Shown piece after piece: positions 48,382 through 58,078 of a DNA stretch of 64,000 bases. Position numbers and translations under genes: made by a program. Under the pieces are notes generated by a model. It ran no database searches. It saw only the letters and a list, made by a program, of their open reading frames with translations, and had not been told where the DNA came from. The stretch covers positions 96,001 to 160,000 of the forward strand of contig JAYODI010000001.1 of the NCBI GenBank assembly GCA_038279365.1, written 5' to 3'. This DNA comes from Candidatus Latescibacterota bacterium. Its GTDB lineage: Bacteria > Latescibacterota > UBA2968. How positions within the stretch are numbered: the stretch's first letter is position 1; the number at the start of each line of letters is the position of its first letter.

Positions 48382-51300
48382 TTAACTTTCGAGGTTTGAG
48401 GCTTGCCAGGCAATGGAGAGATTGGGATTTAGCGATTGGAAACGGGCTGTTGGCGTGTTGACCAAACCAAAGTTTTGCACGCTTCCAAGAGAGGGGAAAG
48501 ATTTGTGAAAGGCACGACGGATATAGTCGCGGTTGGAAATGTGTGTGTCTTGTGGGCTGGTGAGCAGATAGTGGAACCCATTTTTTGGGGCGGTTTGAAT
48601 GATTTGGTGCATAAGCACTTTGATGAAGTTTTCATTTTCCATTTTGAGTCCGCTAAAATTGAGCACATCTAAAAGCAGAGCCCGGGTGTTTCGGTTGCGC
48701 AATTCCACAAGGGTAAAATACCCTTTCCAAAGTCCGTCAGATATGATTTTGTAAAATGATCCGTCTGGACACATAATTTGCTTGAGGTCGCCTGTGTTGC
48801 AATCGTTTCCTGGCCAACTGCGGTAAATGATGCTGACATCTTTGCTGGGCGCACAAAGAATTTGCGAGGTACCAATGACCACTTGGCGCAGTTTGGTGAT
48901 TTCATTTTGTACAATTTCTACATGATCTGAAAGGGTGTTTTCAAGTACAAAATCGCTCATTAGTTTGCCCAGTTTACCCAATTCTTTGCGGGCATATTTG
49001 AGGTATGCTTGTGGGGCCACTTGGCGTTCTTTTTGATCGTCTTCGGCAAAACCTGTGGCCAAGTGCTTTGCTTGAGATGGATTTTGAGCAGGATGTTCTC
49101 GGCTTGCAAAAGAGATTTCGTCTTGAAGAACGAGATACACTTCTTTGTAAATGCGTTTGAGTTGACGCACATTGCGTACATTTAAGAGGGCAGTGTAGAC
49201 CTTAAAACATTCTCTGTGACGGTCGTGAAATGCCACCAAGTCTGCACCATCAATGTTGAGAGTTTGGAGAAGTTGCCCCATACCAATATCGGGTAATTTG
49301 TTGCCCAGGTCATTGCGTTTGCGCCGTGCTTGTTCGATGGCGGGAGTGAATAATATTTGAATGAGGCGATTGAGGTTGGTGTCGAGCAAATTGGAGTCTT
49401 CTGCGTCGTAGATGTCATATGTCAGCATGGCTTGTTCGGTTGAAGAAATGAGTCTGGTAGCGCGTTCATTGGTAAAGCGTTTTTTGAGTTCTCGAAAAAT
49501 ATTTTTCCACTGACTGGTATAAAATTGTGCCAAAGATTTGATGTGTTTGTCTTTGAGTTCGGGAAAAACATCTTCTGATAATTCGCGTTCAGATTCATAA
49601 ACGCGGTCGGTTAAAAGGTCGTTGAGGTTGTCGAGCAACAAGTCGGTTTCACCCGTGTCAAATGCGTCGCGAATTTCGGGGTGATTGACCAATGCATATT
49701 CAATGGCATAATCGGCAAGCAGTGGAATTACGGCATCATTACGATGTTTCATGCGAATGCGCATGAGTGTGGGAAAGACCACTTGTGGCACTGGGCGATA
49801 GGCGGCATCAAAGTCGAAGTCGATGCCTGCTAAAACGGCGTTTGTGCGTTCTTCAATGGTGTTTAATGGCATGATGTTCAGGTCAAAGGCTTCTGCCAAT
49901 CCATTGACAAGGCGTTGGCGTTCGCGTTTGGCCAAGTGTTTGGCATTGAGTACATCACGCAGACGGTTTTTGCGGCTTTCGCGGTTGGGAAGGCTGTCTA
50001 TGAGGGTGCGAATGCGTTCGCGGTTGACGGTGCCAACTTCTTCTATGCGATCACCTGCGATGGTGAAGGCTTTGCAATAAGGTTTGAGCGGTGGAAAGAG
50101 CAAGTTACGCGCTTCTTGAATGTGTTTGAGATAGCGTGTGCGATCCGGCATTTTTGGGCTTTGTTTGAGCAAATAGAGGTAATACAATTCGACATCTCGC
50201 GGTTCATTCATGTCTAACTGTGCACCATTGGTATATTCGCGTAGGCGCGCCAAAATGGTGGTGAGCGGAATTTGTTTTTCAAGCCAAACCAGGTGTTCCA
50301 GAAAGCGCGCATTTTCGTGTGAAACCAAGTTGAGAAAATCTGGGTCTTCAAAAATGTTTTTCTGTATGGCCATTTGTGCAAAGTGGCTGCGTGTTTGGTC
50401 GTCGGTATCTTCAAGTAATTCGGCTAACTTTTCCAATTCGATGCTGTTGGGATAGTGTTTGGCAATGTGGTTATAAAAGATGATGCTGCGTCGTTTATCC
50501 CACCTTGACAAGGCATCCAAATTGTTTATTTGGGGCAAGTTTAAATAATGCTTGAGCAAGAGCAATTGCGAGGGATCGTTTAGGCTAAATGTGGGGCCAT
50601 AGCGGGTGTTTAAGTGGTGTGGCAGTTGTGCAAATTCTGCTTCGGTTGATTGGTCATGTTTGTTAAACAAACGACGGACAAAGGGTGCAAATTCGATGTC
50701 ATTGCCCAAACGTGTGACCACTTCGTTTATGGCTGGTGTGCCAATGCTGTCTAGTGCCCATTCGACCAAACTGCGGTTGCGACACATATAGGGGGTGAGT
50801 AAAAGGTCGATCAAGGGCGTAATGGCTTGCTGCATTTTGTGTGTGCCCGAAAAATGCACGGCGGTTTCTTGAACGCCAAGTTGGCGGCTTTTGAGGTTGT
50901 GTAAAATGCGGTCGGCAATGCGTGAGGTTTTGGATGGGTCAATAAAACCGATGGCAATTTTTTGTGTGGCGGCACTGTCATGTGTAAATATCCATTCGAG
51001 CATTTCGGGCAAGATGCGGTCTTCTTCTAAGAGCAGTTGTAAAATGTTTTGCCGAATGGTGGTCCACCGAATCTCTGTTTCTCGCGAACGGGTATTTCTG
51101 CTTACAATACGGTTGCCTATTTGGTGCCGTTCCCAGGCGGTGCGGTTGCGATTACAAAATGCCACAGTAAGGGCATGGATGGCATCGTTGAGGTTGGCAG
51201 ATAAAAATTGTCGGGTGGTTTGAATAACATTTTTTGAGGGGCTTTGTAAACTGAGAATAAAGATACGCAAGAGGCGGTTTTTGATGGCGACACGGCGCGT

Positions 51301-52701
51301 TTTTTGGAACAATTCGGTTAAGAAATGGAGTGCATTCAGGCGTGAAGCATCATCTCCACTGCGTTCAATCATGAGGTGTGCCACCTCAATAAGTGGTTCG
51401 AGAGGGCGCACATCGGCCAAGTTTGTGGCTAAATGAGACATGGCCAATGTAAGGTCTCGCAAAACTTGTGGTACTTGGTCTATGCGTATGCATTGGGTGT
51501 AGGCATAGACCACATCTTGGAGCAGGGCTGGGTCTCCAATGCGCGGTGCAATGGCCGATAAATGTACCAAGGCTGGTACTTGTTGGGGGCCAGATCGATT
51601 TGATAAATTTTGTGCGAGCGCTCGTTTTTCTTGGAGCAATGCTGGGGTGAGTGGTACTTGTTTGCGCACGCCAGTAAGGGCACCAATAGGTTCGTCTCCA
51701 TAAATAGATCGCATATCTAAATGGGATGGATGAAATGCAAGTGCGCGTTCAACAGTTGCAAGCATCCAATTGGTTTGATGGATCAAGTCCTCAAAACGGA
51801 TGTGTTCATTTTGGGTATGTGGATATCGGCTGGTGGAACAAAAGTCGATCACCCAAACCCCCAACGGAGACAAACAAATGGTATCTCCTCCCACATAACC
51901 CTCTTCGGCAAATAAGATGCGGGGATTAAAACCACAATCGTGTGCGGCTTGCTGGGCAAGATGTACAAAAGGATGTGTTGCTGGCATATGCAAAACGGCC
52001 ATGCGGGCCGTTTCGTTTCGTTCGACACGCACGGGCGGATCCATGCTGATGACGAGGTGTATGTTGTTGAGCAAGCTTGCTGGCACTTGTTTGATGCCGC
52101 GATAACCCAATTCTTCTTGCACTGTGAAAACAATGCGAATATCACCATGTGATAAGTTGGCCTTATGTATGTAATCAAGGGCCGATAAAATGGCTGCGAT
52201 ACCTGCTTTGTCATCGGCCCCTAAGCTGTTTTTACTGTCTGATCGAATTTCACCTGATGCGTGAAAACAATGAGAAATGGGGACATCGCCACCTGGATAC
52301 ACACAGTCCATATGCGCGGTAAACATGAGGTTGAGTGCTTGGGGAGCGTTGGCAGGCTTTTGGGCAATCACATTGCCATAGGTGTCTTGTTCTATATTCT
52401 CAAAGCCCATGTTTTTTAGTTGGGCAATGAGATATTGGGCAACGGGCTGTTCGTTTTGAGAGGGGCTGTAGAGGCTGATAAGGTCGAGAAAAGTGTTGAG
52501 AAGTATTTGAGGGTTTGTCCAGCAGGGGATGTTGAAAAATTGCTTTTCAAAGACGGCTTGCGAAATCGTACGGTTTTGTGCACTGACTGGATGGATGCGT
52601 GTCAGTCGTTCTACGCCGCGCCCTTTGAGGCGACCTGCAGCTGCGAGCATGCGCAGCTCTTCGGACGAATAGGTGCGGATGGTTTGATCGGGAGAAGGCA
52701 T
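48382..52701 (-). CDS. Large multidomain protein: M20/M28 metallopeptidase + HEAT-like repeats + unknown C-terminal domain
   Basis: 'TAHMDCV', 'LGADDKAG', 'VQEELG', 'SMD', 'PHTQNE'; then a long helical repeat region; 1439 aa uninterrupted. Confidence 0.75.
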   Translation of the reverse strand: MPSPDQTIRTYSSEELRMLAAAGRLKGRGVERLTRIHPVSAQNRTISQAVFEKQFFNIPCWTNPQILLNTFLDLISLYSPSQNEQPVAQYLIAQLKNMGFENIEQDTYGNVIAQKPANAPQALNLMFTAHMDCVYPGGDVPISHCFHASGEIRSDSKNSLGADDKAGIAAILSALDYIHKANLSHGDIRIVFTVQEELGYRGIKQVPASLLNNIHLVISMDPPVRVERNETARMAVLHMPATHPFVHLAQQAAHDCGFNPRILFAEEGYVGGDTICLSPLGVWVIDFCSTSRYPHTQNEHIRFEDLIHQTNWMLATVERALAFHPSHLDMRSIYGDEPIGALTGVRKQVPLTPALLQEKRALAQNLSNRSGPQQVPALVHLSAIAPRIGDPALLQDVVYAYTQCIRIDQVPQVLRDLTLAMSHLATNLADVRPLEPLIEVAHLMIERSGDDASRLNALHFLTELFQKTRRVAIKNRLLRIFILSLQSPSKNVIQTTRQFLSANLNDAIHALTVAFCNRNRTAWERHQIGNRIVSRNTRSRETEIRWTTIRQNILQLLLEEDRILPEMLEWIFTHDSAATQKIAIGFIDPSKTSRIADRILHNLKSRQLGVQETAVHFSGTHKMQQAITPLIDLLLTPYMCRNRSLVEWALDSIGTPAINEVVTRLGNDIEFAPFVRRLFNKHDQSTEAEFAQLPHHLNTRYGPTFSLNDPSQLLLLKHYLNLPQINNLDALSRWDKRRSIIFYNHIAKHYPNSIELEKLAELLEDTDDQTRSHFAQMAIQKNIFEDPDFLNLVSHENARFLEHLVWLEKQIPLTTILARLREYTNGAQLDMNEPRDVELYYLYLLKQSPKMPDRTRYLKHIQEARNLLFPPLKPYCKAFTIAGDRIEEVGTVNRERIRTLIDSLPNRESRKNRLRDVLNAKHLAKRERQRLVNGLAEAFDLNIMPLNTIEERTNAVLAGIDFDFDAAYRPVPQVVFPTLMRIRMKHRNDAVIPLLADYAIEYALVNHPEIRDAFDTGETDLLLDNLNDLLTDRVYESERELSEDVFPELKDKHIKSLAQFYTSQWKNIFRELKKRFTNERATRLISSTEQAMLTYDIYDAEDSNLLDTNLNRLIQILFTPAIEQARRKRNDLGNKLPDIGMGQLLQTLNIDGADLVAFHDRHRECFKVYTALLNVRNVRQLKRIYKEVYLVLQDEISFASREHPAQNPSQAKHLATGFAEDDQKERQVAPQAYLKYARKELGKLGKLMSDFVLENTLSDHVEIVQNEITKLRQVVIGTSQILCAPSKDVSIIYRSWPGNDCNTGDLKQIMCPDGSFYKIISDGLWKGYFTLVELRNRNTRALLLDVLNFSGLKMENENFIKVLMHQIIQTAPKNGFHYLLTSPQDTHISNRDYIRRAFHKSFPSLGSVQNFGLVNTPTARFQSLNPNLSIAWQASNLES

Positions 52702-52775
52702 GAGGTAGAAATAAAAATTAAAAAAATTACTGCCGTCTTGAACTTCGTCTATGGTGTTGATTTGGTTTTTTCATT

Positions 52776-53192
52776 TTATCTTTTTAATTGCTTCTGACTG
52801 TTTACTTGCCCTGGATTAAGGGCTGGCTGGTTGGTGATAAATTTGCCGTGGGGAGGCAATTGGGTGACGCCGTGAGGGACGAAGCGCACTTGCTCCACTT
52901 TGCCTGTTTGATAGTGACTGACGCCAAAAACCAAAGGGGGAGGCATACCATTGGTGTGGTTGAGGGCTTCGAGGGTGGCGTATAACACACCGTAAACATC
53001 ATCGTCGAGACGGCCTCGGGCAGCTTTGGCTTTGTTCAAAATTTCAGAGACAAAATGACGAACGGGTTCTTTGAGGGTGCGAAAGCGTTCGAGCAAATCT
53101 TGTTTGTCTTGCTCGGTGAGTGCTCGCATTTGCTTTTTGGCCAGTTGTTGTTGGCTGTGGACAAGTGCACGGTGTTGTTTCTTTGATGGCAT
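52776..53192 (-). CDS. Hypothetical protein
   Basis: 138 aa, AAGAGG RBS, immediately upstream of and co-oriented with the 1439-aa gene. Confidence 0.65.
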   Translation of the reverse strand: MPSKKQHRALVHSQQQLAKKQMRALTEQDKQDLLERFRTLKEPVRHFVSEILNKAKAARGRLDDDVYGVLYATLEALNHTNGMPPPLVFGVSHYQTGKVEQVRFVPHGVTQLPPHGKFITNQPALNPGQVNSQKQLKR

Positions 53193-53262
53193 AAAAACCT
53201 CTTAGGTATGCTATGTCTATTTGAAAATATGGCTTTATGGCAATTTGTTGTCAAGTTTCCAT

Positions 53263-53291
53263 TTGACGTCTATCTGTTTGTAGGATATTAT
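53263..53291 (+). promoter_or_regulatory. Sigma70-type promoter in the divergent intergenic region
   Basis: TTGACG, 17-bp spacer, TATTAT. Confidence 0.5.
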
Positions 53292-53411
53292 CTGAGGCAA
53301 TATATATACTGTGTTATGGATGCAGTTAAATATAAAAGGAAGCGATGGTGGTTGTTAGATTGTCGCAATTAATGGGTTTGATGTCTGTTTGTTTTGGTTT
53401 TTTAATATGGG

Positions 53412-54395
53412 GTGTTTATGATTGTTGATGTTGAAACCTTGCGATCTGTTTGTCAGAAAATTTTGACAGATCGCGAGTTAAGTGATTCGGATGCACATAT
53501 TGTGACCGATATCTTAATAGAGGCCGAGTTGCGAGGGCGGCCCACCCATGGTGTGATTCGTTTGCCCGCAATTGCTGATCGTGTGATATCCAGTACACGA
53601 AGACCTATGTTGTTGGCCAAAGATGGGCCTGTTAGTGCATCTGTTGATGGACAAGAAAACTTGGGCTATTTGGTGGCTCACCGATGTGCGCGTTCCGTGA
53701 TTGGCAAGGCCGACAAAACGGGTATGGGGGTTGTGGCAGGGTTCAATACGGGGCATTGTGGGATGTTGGGATATTATGCGTCAATGATTGCCGATGCGGG
53801 GTTGGTGGGGTTGGTGATGTGCGATACCAGCCCGCGTGTGGCGCCGTGGGGAGGCATTGAACCCGTGTTGGGTACCAACCCCATTGCGGCAGGATTTCCT
53901 GCGCCCAATGGGCAAATTTTGATCGACTTGTCAGCCGCAGCCATTACGAGTGGCGAAATTTTAATGGCGCTCAAAGACGGCAAAGATATTCCGTCTGGGC
54001 GAGCACTGAGCCCCGATGGCAAAATGACAACTGACCCAGGTGTGGCACGCCGAGGTGCGGTATTGCCGTTTGGCGAGCACAAAGGGTATGCGCTGGCCAT
54101 GATGATTCAGTTGTTTTCTGGTGTGTTAACGGGAGCTGCGCCCATTCCCAAGCCCGGGCAAAATTATGGCATTTTTATGTTGGCTTTGTCATCGGCTTTG
54201 TTTTTAGAACAAGAAGATTTTGTCCAAGGTGTGGGCGAAGTGGTTAAGCGGATAAAGACGTCTTTACCAGCTGAGGGTGTTGAAGAGATATTGGTACCTG
54301 GCGAGCGTGCATTTCGCGAACGAGAGATGCGGTTGCAGTCGGGCATAGGTGTGGATGATGATTTAATGGATGCATTGAGGAGGTTGGCAAAATGA
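53412..54395 (+). CDS. Ldh_2 family oxidoreductase (ComC-like)
   Basis: 'AELRGRPTHGV', 'HCGMLGYY', 'GTNPIA', 'HKGYAL', 'LVPGE'. Confidence 0.9.
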   Translation: MFMIVDVETLRSVCQKILTDRELSDSDAHIVTDILIEAELRGRPTHGVIRLPAIADRVISSTRRPMLLAKDGPVSASVDGQENLGYLVAHRCARSVIGKADKTGMGVVAGFNTGHCGMLGYYASMIADAGLVGLVMCDTSPRVAPWGGIEPVLGTNPIAAGFPAPNGQILIDLSAAAITSGEILMALKDGKDIPSGRALSPDGKMTTDPGVARRGAVLPFGEHKGYALAMMIQLFSGVLTGAAPIPKPGQNYGIFMLALSSALFLEQEDFVQGVGEVVKRIKTSLPAEGVEEILVPGERAFREREMRLQSGIGVDDDLMDALRRLAK

Positions 54396-55078
54396 AGAAG
54401 CTGGTTTTGTTTGATATTGACGGCACCATTATGAATACAGATGGTGGTGGGGCCAGTTCTTGTCAAAAGGCATTGGAGCATGTTTTTAATATGAAAGTGC
54501 CTTTGGATAATTACTCGATGAGTGGTAAGACCGATACACAAATTGTGTTGGATTTGATGGAACGTGTGGGTGTTGCAAGAGAGGTGACGACCACTAAGTT
54601 GGATGAGATAAATGTTTTGTATATTGACCTGTTATCGAAGGAAGTCGATTCTTGGAACCCCGAACTCTGTCCAGGTATTGTTGAGGTGTTGGATGCGTTG
54701 GTGGATCGAGATGATTTGGTGTTGGGACTTTTGACGGGCAATATTGTTCGGGGAGCCGAAGTGAAACTCAATCGGGTAGGGTTGTGGTCTTATTTCAAAA
54801 CGGGTGCTTTTGGAGATCGAGCACCTGAGCGAAAGATGCTTCCTGATATTGCGCAAAAGACCGCCCATGAATTAACGGGAAAAATATTTGAAGGCAAAGA
54901 TATGGTAATCATTGGTGACACACCCAATGATGTGTTATGTGGGCGACACTTAAATGTGAAGGCCATTGCTGTGGCAACCGGTGGTTTTGACGGACCCACG
55001 TTGCAATCGTATGATCCAGATTTTTTCTTTGAAGATTTGAGTGACACGCCCACGGTGGTGGAGGCCATTATGGCATAA
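54392..55078 (+). CDS. HAD family hydrolase
   Basis: 'FDIDGT', 'LLTGN', 'IGDTPND'. Confidence 0.92.
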   Translation: MKKLVLFDIDGTIMNTDGGGASSCQKALEHVFNMKVPLDNYSMSGKTDTQIVLDLMERVGVAREVTTTKLDEINVLYIDLLSKEVDSWNPELCPGIVEVLDALVDRDDLVLGLLTGNIVRGAEVKLNRVGLWSYFKTGAFGDRAPERKMLPDIAQKTAHELTGKIFEGKDMVIIGDTPNDVLCGRHLNVKAIAVATGGFDGPTLQSYDPDFFFEDLSDTPTVVEAIMA

Positions 55079-55182
55079 TAAGAAAGAAATGGTCAAGAAA
55101 GTAACATAAGCTTTTTGGATTTTTGGAGCACCCGTTTAAACTGTGTATTGTGAGTTTGTTGTGGGTGATGTCGCAATATTGC

Positions 55183-55211
55183 TTGACAGGTTCCATTGGC
55201 TTGGCTACTTT
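55183..55211 (+). promoter_or_regulatory. Sigma70 promoter of the lysine riboswitch-dapAB transcript
   Basis: TTGACA, 17-bp spacer, TACTTT, about 10 bp upstream of the aptamer. Confidence 0.7.
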
Positions 55212-55220
55212 TTGTGTCCC

Positions 55221-55400
55221 ACAAGGGTAGAGGCGCGTGCCATGATCAGTACACAACACAAGAGGCGAACTTTCATATGTGTTGATGGAAAGGGATGGTA
55301 CGCCGAAGTTTTGGTTTGTTTCGCCACGGGCCAAAGCTGGTTTGATGGATAATATCTGTTAGACTGTCACGAGAAGTGTTCTCGTGGAGGGCTCTCTTGT
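55221..55400 (+). ncRNA. Lysine riboswitch (L-box)
   Basis: Conserved elements in order: AGAGGCGC, AGTA, GAAAGG, CGCCGAAG, CTGG, ACTGTC, GGAGGGCT; P1 ACAAG/CTTGT; upstream of dapA-dapB. Confidence 0.9.
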
Positions 55401-55424
55401 CGCGAGATTTTTCTGCTGAAGTAT

Positions 55425-55464
55425 AGCGTCTGGCGATGTCCCTTAAATTGCCAGCGCTTTTTTT
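55425..55464 (+). terminator. Riboswitch expression-platform terminator
   Basis: AGCG(T)CTGGCGAT / ATTGCCAGCGCT stem followed by a T run. Confidence 0.75.
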
Positions 55465-55580
55465 GTGCAGAAATCAGGAAGAGGAAAGAAGCAAGAAGAA
55501 ACTGTCTCATTTTTATTTGTGCGTCATTTCTACTTTCTTTTGTCATTTCTCTTCTTCCCATATTTATCAGGAGGTTTTCA

Positions 55581-56609
55581 ATGTTACAAGGGTGTCATAC
55601 CGCACTCATTACGCCGTTTAAAGCCGACCACTCTTTGGATCAAGAAGGTGTTGAAAAATTGGTGGCCTATCAAATTGCCGAGGGCATAGACGGCATTTTG
55701 GCGTGTGGTACTACTGCAGAAAGCCCTACTTTGAGCAATGATGAACACAGTTTAATTACACGTATTGCGTGTGGGCAGGCCAAAGAACAGTGCCGTGCCA
55801 TTGCTGGGGCTGGGAGCAATTCGACAGCCAAAACATTAAAGGCTGCCGAATATGCTGCTCAGGTTGGTGCCGATTCTATTTTGTTGGTTGATCCTTATTA
55901 CAACGGCCCCAGTTCTTTGGAAATTCGCAAAGAATATGTAGAACCTGTGGCCAAGGCATTTCCCGAGTTGGACATGATTCCCTATGTGATTCCTGGGCGT
56001 TCGGGGACCAAACTGTTGCCCGAAGATTTGGGCATTTTGTTTCGCGAATATAAAAATGTCAGCACGGTCAAAGAAGCAACTGGTGATTTAAACAATATGG
56101 CACGAACCCGCGAATGTTGTGGAGATGACTTTTCTATCATGTCGGGTGATGACGATAAAACTTTTGATATGATGACCGATTCGCGCATCAATGCAGCGGG
56201 TGTGATTTCGGTGATGTCCAATGTGGTGCCAGGTGCGGTTGTTCAATTTGTGAAAGCTTTGCGCAACGGTGATTTGGCCCAAGCCGAAAAATGGCGCAAT
56301 GCATTAAAGCCGTTGTTTGGGATGGTGGGTGTGGTTTCACAAGAACAAACCCCATTCGGTCCAGCCGAAGTGAAATCGCGCAATCCTGTGCCAGTAAAGG
56401 CCTTGATGAATATTTTGGGTATGCCATCGGGCCCTTGCCGACAACCGTTGGGCAAGATGAATAAAGCGGGTTTGGATATTGTGCTGAAAAATGCGCGTCA
56501 GGTGCAGGCCAATAATCCTGAAATTTTTGCACCCATAGCGTCCTTTTTTGGTGTTGATATAGACAAACGGTTACAAGATGCCTCGGTATTGGAAGGTCTT
56601 GCATATTGA
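55581..56609 (+). CDS. dapA: 4-hydroxy-tetrahydrodipicolinate synthase
   Basis: 'TALITPF', 'GTTAESPTL', 'GAGSNST', 'PYYN', 'VKEATG', 'SGDD', 'NPVPVK'; next to dapB and under a lysine riboswitch. Confidence 0.93.
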   Translation: MLQGCHTALITPFKADHSLDQEGVEKLVAYQIAEGIDGILACGTTAESPTLSNDEHSLITRIACGQAKEQCRAIAGAGSNSTAKTLKAAEYAAQVGADSILLVDPYYNGPSSLEIRKEYVEPVAKAFPELDMIPYVIPGRSGTKLLPEDLGILFREYKNVSTVKEATGDLNNMARTRECCGDDFSIMSGDDDKTFDMMTDSRINAAGVISVMSNVVPGAVVQFVKALRNGDLAQAEKWRNALKPLFGMVGVVSQEQTPFGPAEVKSRNPVPVKALMNILGMPSGPCRQPLGKMNKAGLDIVLKNARQVQANNPEIFAPIASFFGVDIDKRLQDASVLEGLAY

Positions 56610-56637
56610 TTTTTAACCAAGATGCATGAAACTTTTT

Positions 56638-56666
56638 GGGACCGAAAAAATACGTTTTTCGGTCCC
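56638..56666. other. Intergenic hairpin between dapA and dapB
   Basis: GGGACCGAAAAA / TTTTTCGGTCCC; no strong T tail, possibly an mRNA stabiliser. Confidence 0.55.
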
Positions 56667-56686
56667 TTCACTTTATGGAGTGACGT

Positions 56687-57493
56687 ATGACACGGGTTGC
56701 TATTTGTGGTATTGCTGGGCGCATGGGTGTGCGGATTTCACAATTAACGCTTGAAGCCAATGATTTGGATTTGCGCGGTGGGGTGGAGTATGTGGGCTCT
56801 CCCATAATTGGTAAAGATATTGGAGAGGTGATTGGCAGCGGGCATTTGGGTGTGCATGTGGTGGACAATTTGGATACCATTATCAACAATGTGGATGCGG
56901 TTGTGGCTTTTACTGCACCACCTGATGGGACGATTGAAGCAGCAAAAATTGCTGGGGCAGCAGGTGTGCCTATGGTGATTGGTACGACGGGTATTTCACC
57001 CGTACAATTGGAAACGATGCGAACCGCATTAAAAGATGTGGCCTGTGTTTTTGCGCCCAATTATAGTGTTGGGGTCACTGCACTGGTGAAGTTGGTAGAA
57101 GAAGCCGCACGTATATTAGGTGGCGATTATGATGCAGAGATTGTTGAGGCACATCATCGTTTTAAAACAGATGCACCATCTGGAACTGCGTTGGCTCTTG
57201 CAGAGGCCGCCGCGCGTGGTTTAGATCGCAATTTGCAAGAAGTGGGAGTCTTTGGTCGTCATGGTGATACGGGTGCGCGCACACGAGAAGAGATTGGTGT
57301 GCATGCCGTACGGGCAGGTGATATTGTGGGTGAGCACACCGTGATGTTTGGCGGTATTGGCGAAACGGTGCAGTTGGTGCATCGTGCACAAAGCCGAGAT
57401 ACATTTGCGGCAGGGGTGATTCGAGCAGTTCGGTTTGTGGCACAAGCCCATGCGGGGATGTATGATATGCGTGATGTATTGGGAATAAAATAA
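56687..57493 (+). CDS. dapB: 4-hydroxy-tetrahydrodipicolinate reductase
   Basis: 'GIAGRMG', 'VIGTTG', 'EAHHRFKTDAPSGTA', 'RAGDIVGEH'. Confidence 0.96.
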   Translation: MTRVAICGIAGRMGVRISQLTLEANDLDLRGGVEYVGSPIIGKDIGEVIGSGHLGVHVVDNLDTIINNVDAVVAFTAPPDGTIEAAKIAGAAGVPMVIGTTGISPVQLETMRTALKDVACVFAPNYSVGVTALVKLVEEAARILGGDYDAEIVEAHHRFKTDAPSGTALALAEAAARGLDRNLQEVGVFGRHGDTGARTREEIGVHAVRAGDIVGEHTVMFGGIGETVQLVHRAQSRDTFAAGVIRAVRFVAQAHAGMYDMRDVLGIK

Positions 57494-57549
57494 AGTTGGG
57501 CGAAGGTGATGTGCAAATGCTAATGGTAAGCATTTTTTTTATGAAAAGG

Positions 57550-57585
57550 AAAAACGGGCGATTCATTTAGATTCGCCCGTTTTTT
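57550..57585. terminator. Bidirectional terminator
   Basis: AAAAACGGGCGA / TCGCCCGTTTTT. Confidence 0.8.
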
Positions 57586-57952
57586 ATGTTTGGAGTGCCA
57601 CTTTTAGCGCTTCGATGAGTTCGTCACGCAAAAAGGGTTTGTGTAACGTGGCATGTGCGCCAAAGGCTTTGGCTTGAGGCAAAAAGTTGAATCCCCCCGT
57701 TGCGCCTCCACCTGTAATGGCCAATATTTTTAGATTGGGATTCTCTTGGTGTAATTTTTGAATGACTTCCAAACCATCTGTTTCTGGCATAAAAATATCT
57801 GTAATAAGAAGATCAAATGGGTGATTGTACACCAACTTAAGACCTTCTTGCCCCGATGAGGCTTCTGCGATCGTATGTCCTTCTTTTTCTAAAATCTTGC
57901 GTACAGATCGCCTTACAAGGTCTTCGTCATCAATAATCAGAATATTTGCCAT
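57584..57952 (-). CDS. Stand-alone response regulator (CheY-like receiver)
   Basis: 'LIIDDE', 'ITDIFMPETDG', 'ITGG', 'HKPF'. Confidence 0.93.
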   Translation of the reverse strand: MANILIIDDEDLVRRSVRKILEKEGHTIAEASSGQEGLKLVYNHPFDLLITDIFMPETDGLEVIQKLHQENPNLKILAITGGGATGGFNFLPQAKAFGAHATLHKPFLRDELIEALKVALQT

Positions 57953-58078
57953 AGTTTAAATCTTTCGGGTCTCAAGCGTGTGATATATAATATACCATGG
58001 TTTCTGAGGCGATTGCACATAAAAGGCTTAAGTGTTTATGTGTGTTTTTTTGTATAAAAATAAGTAAATATGCTTAAT

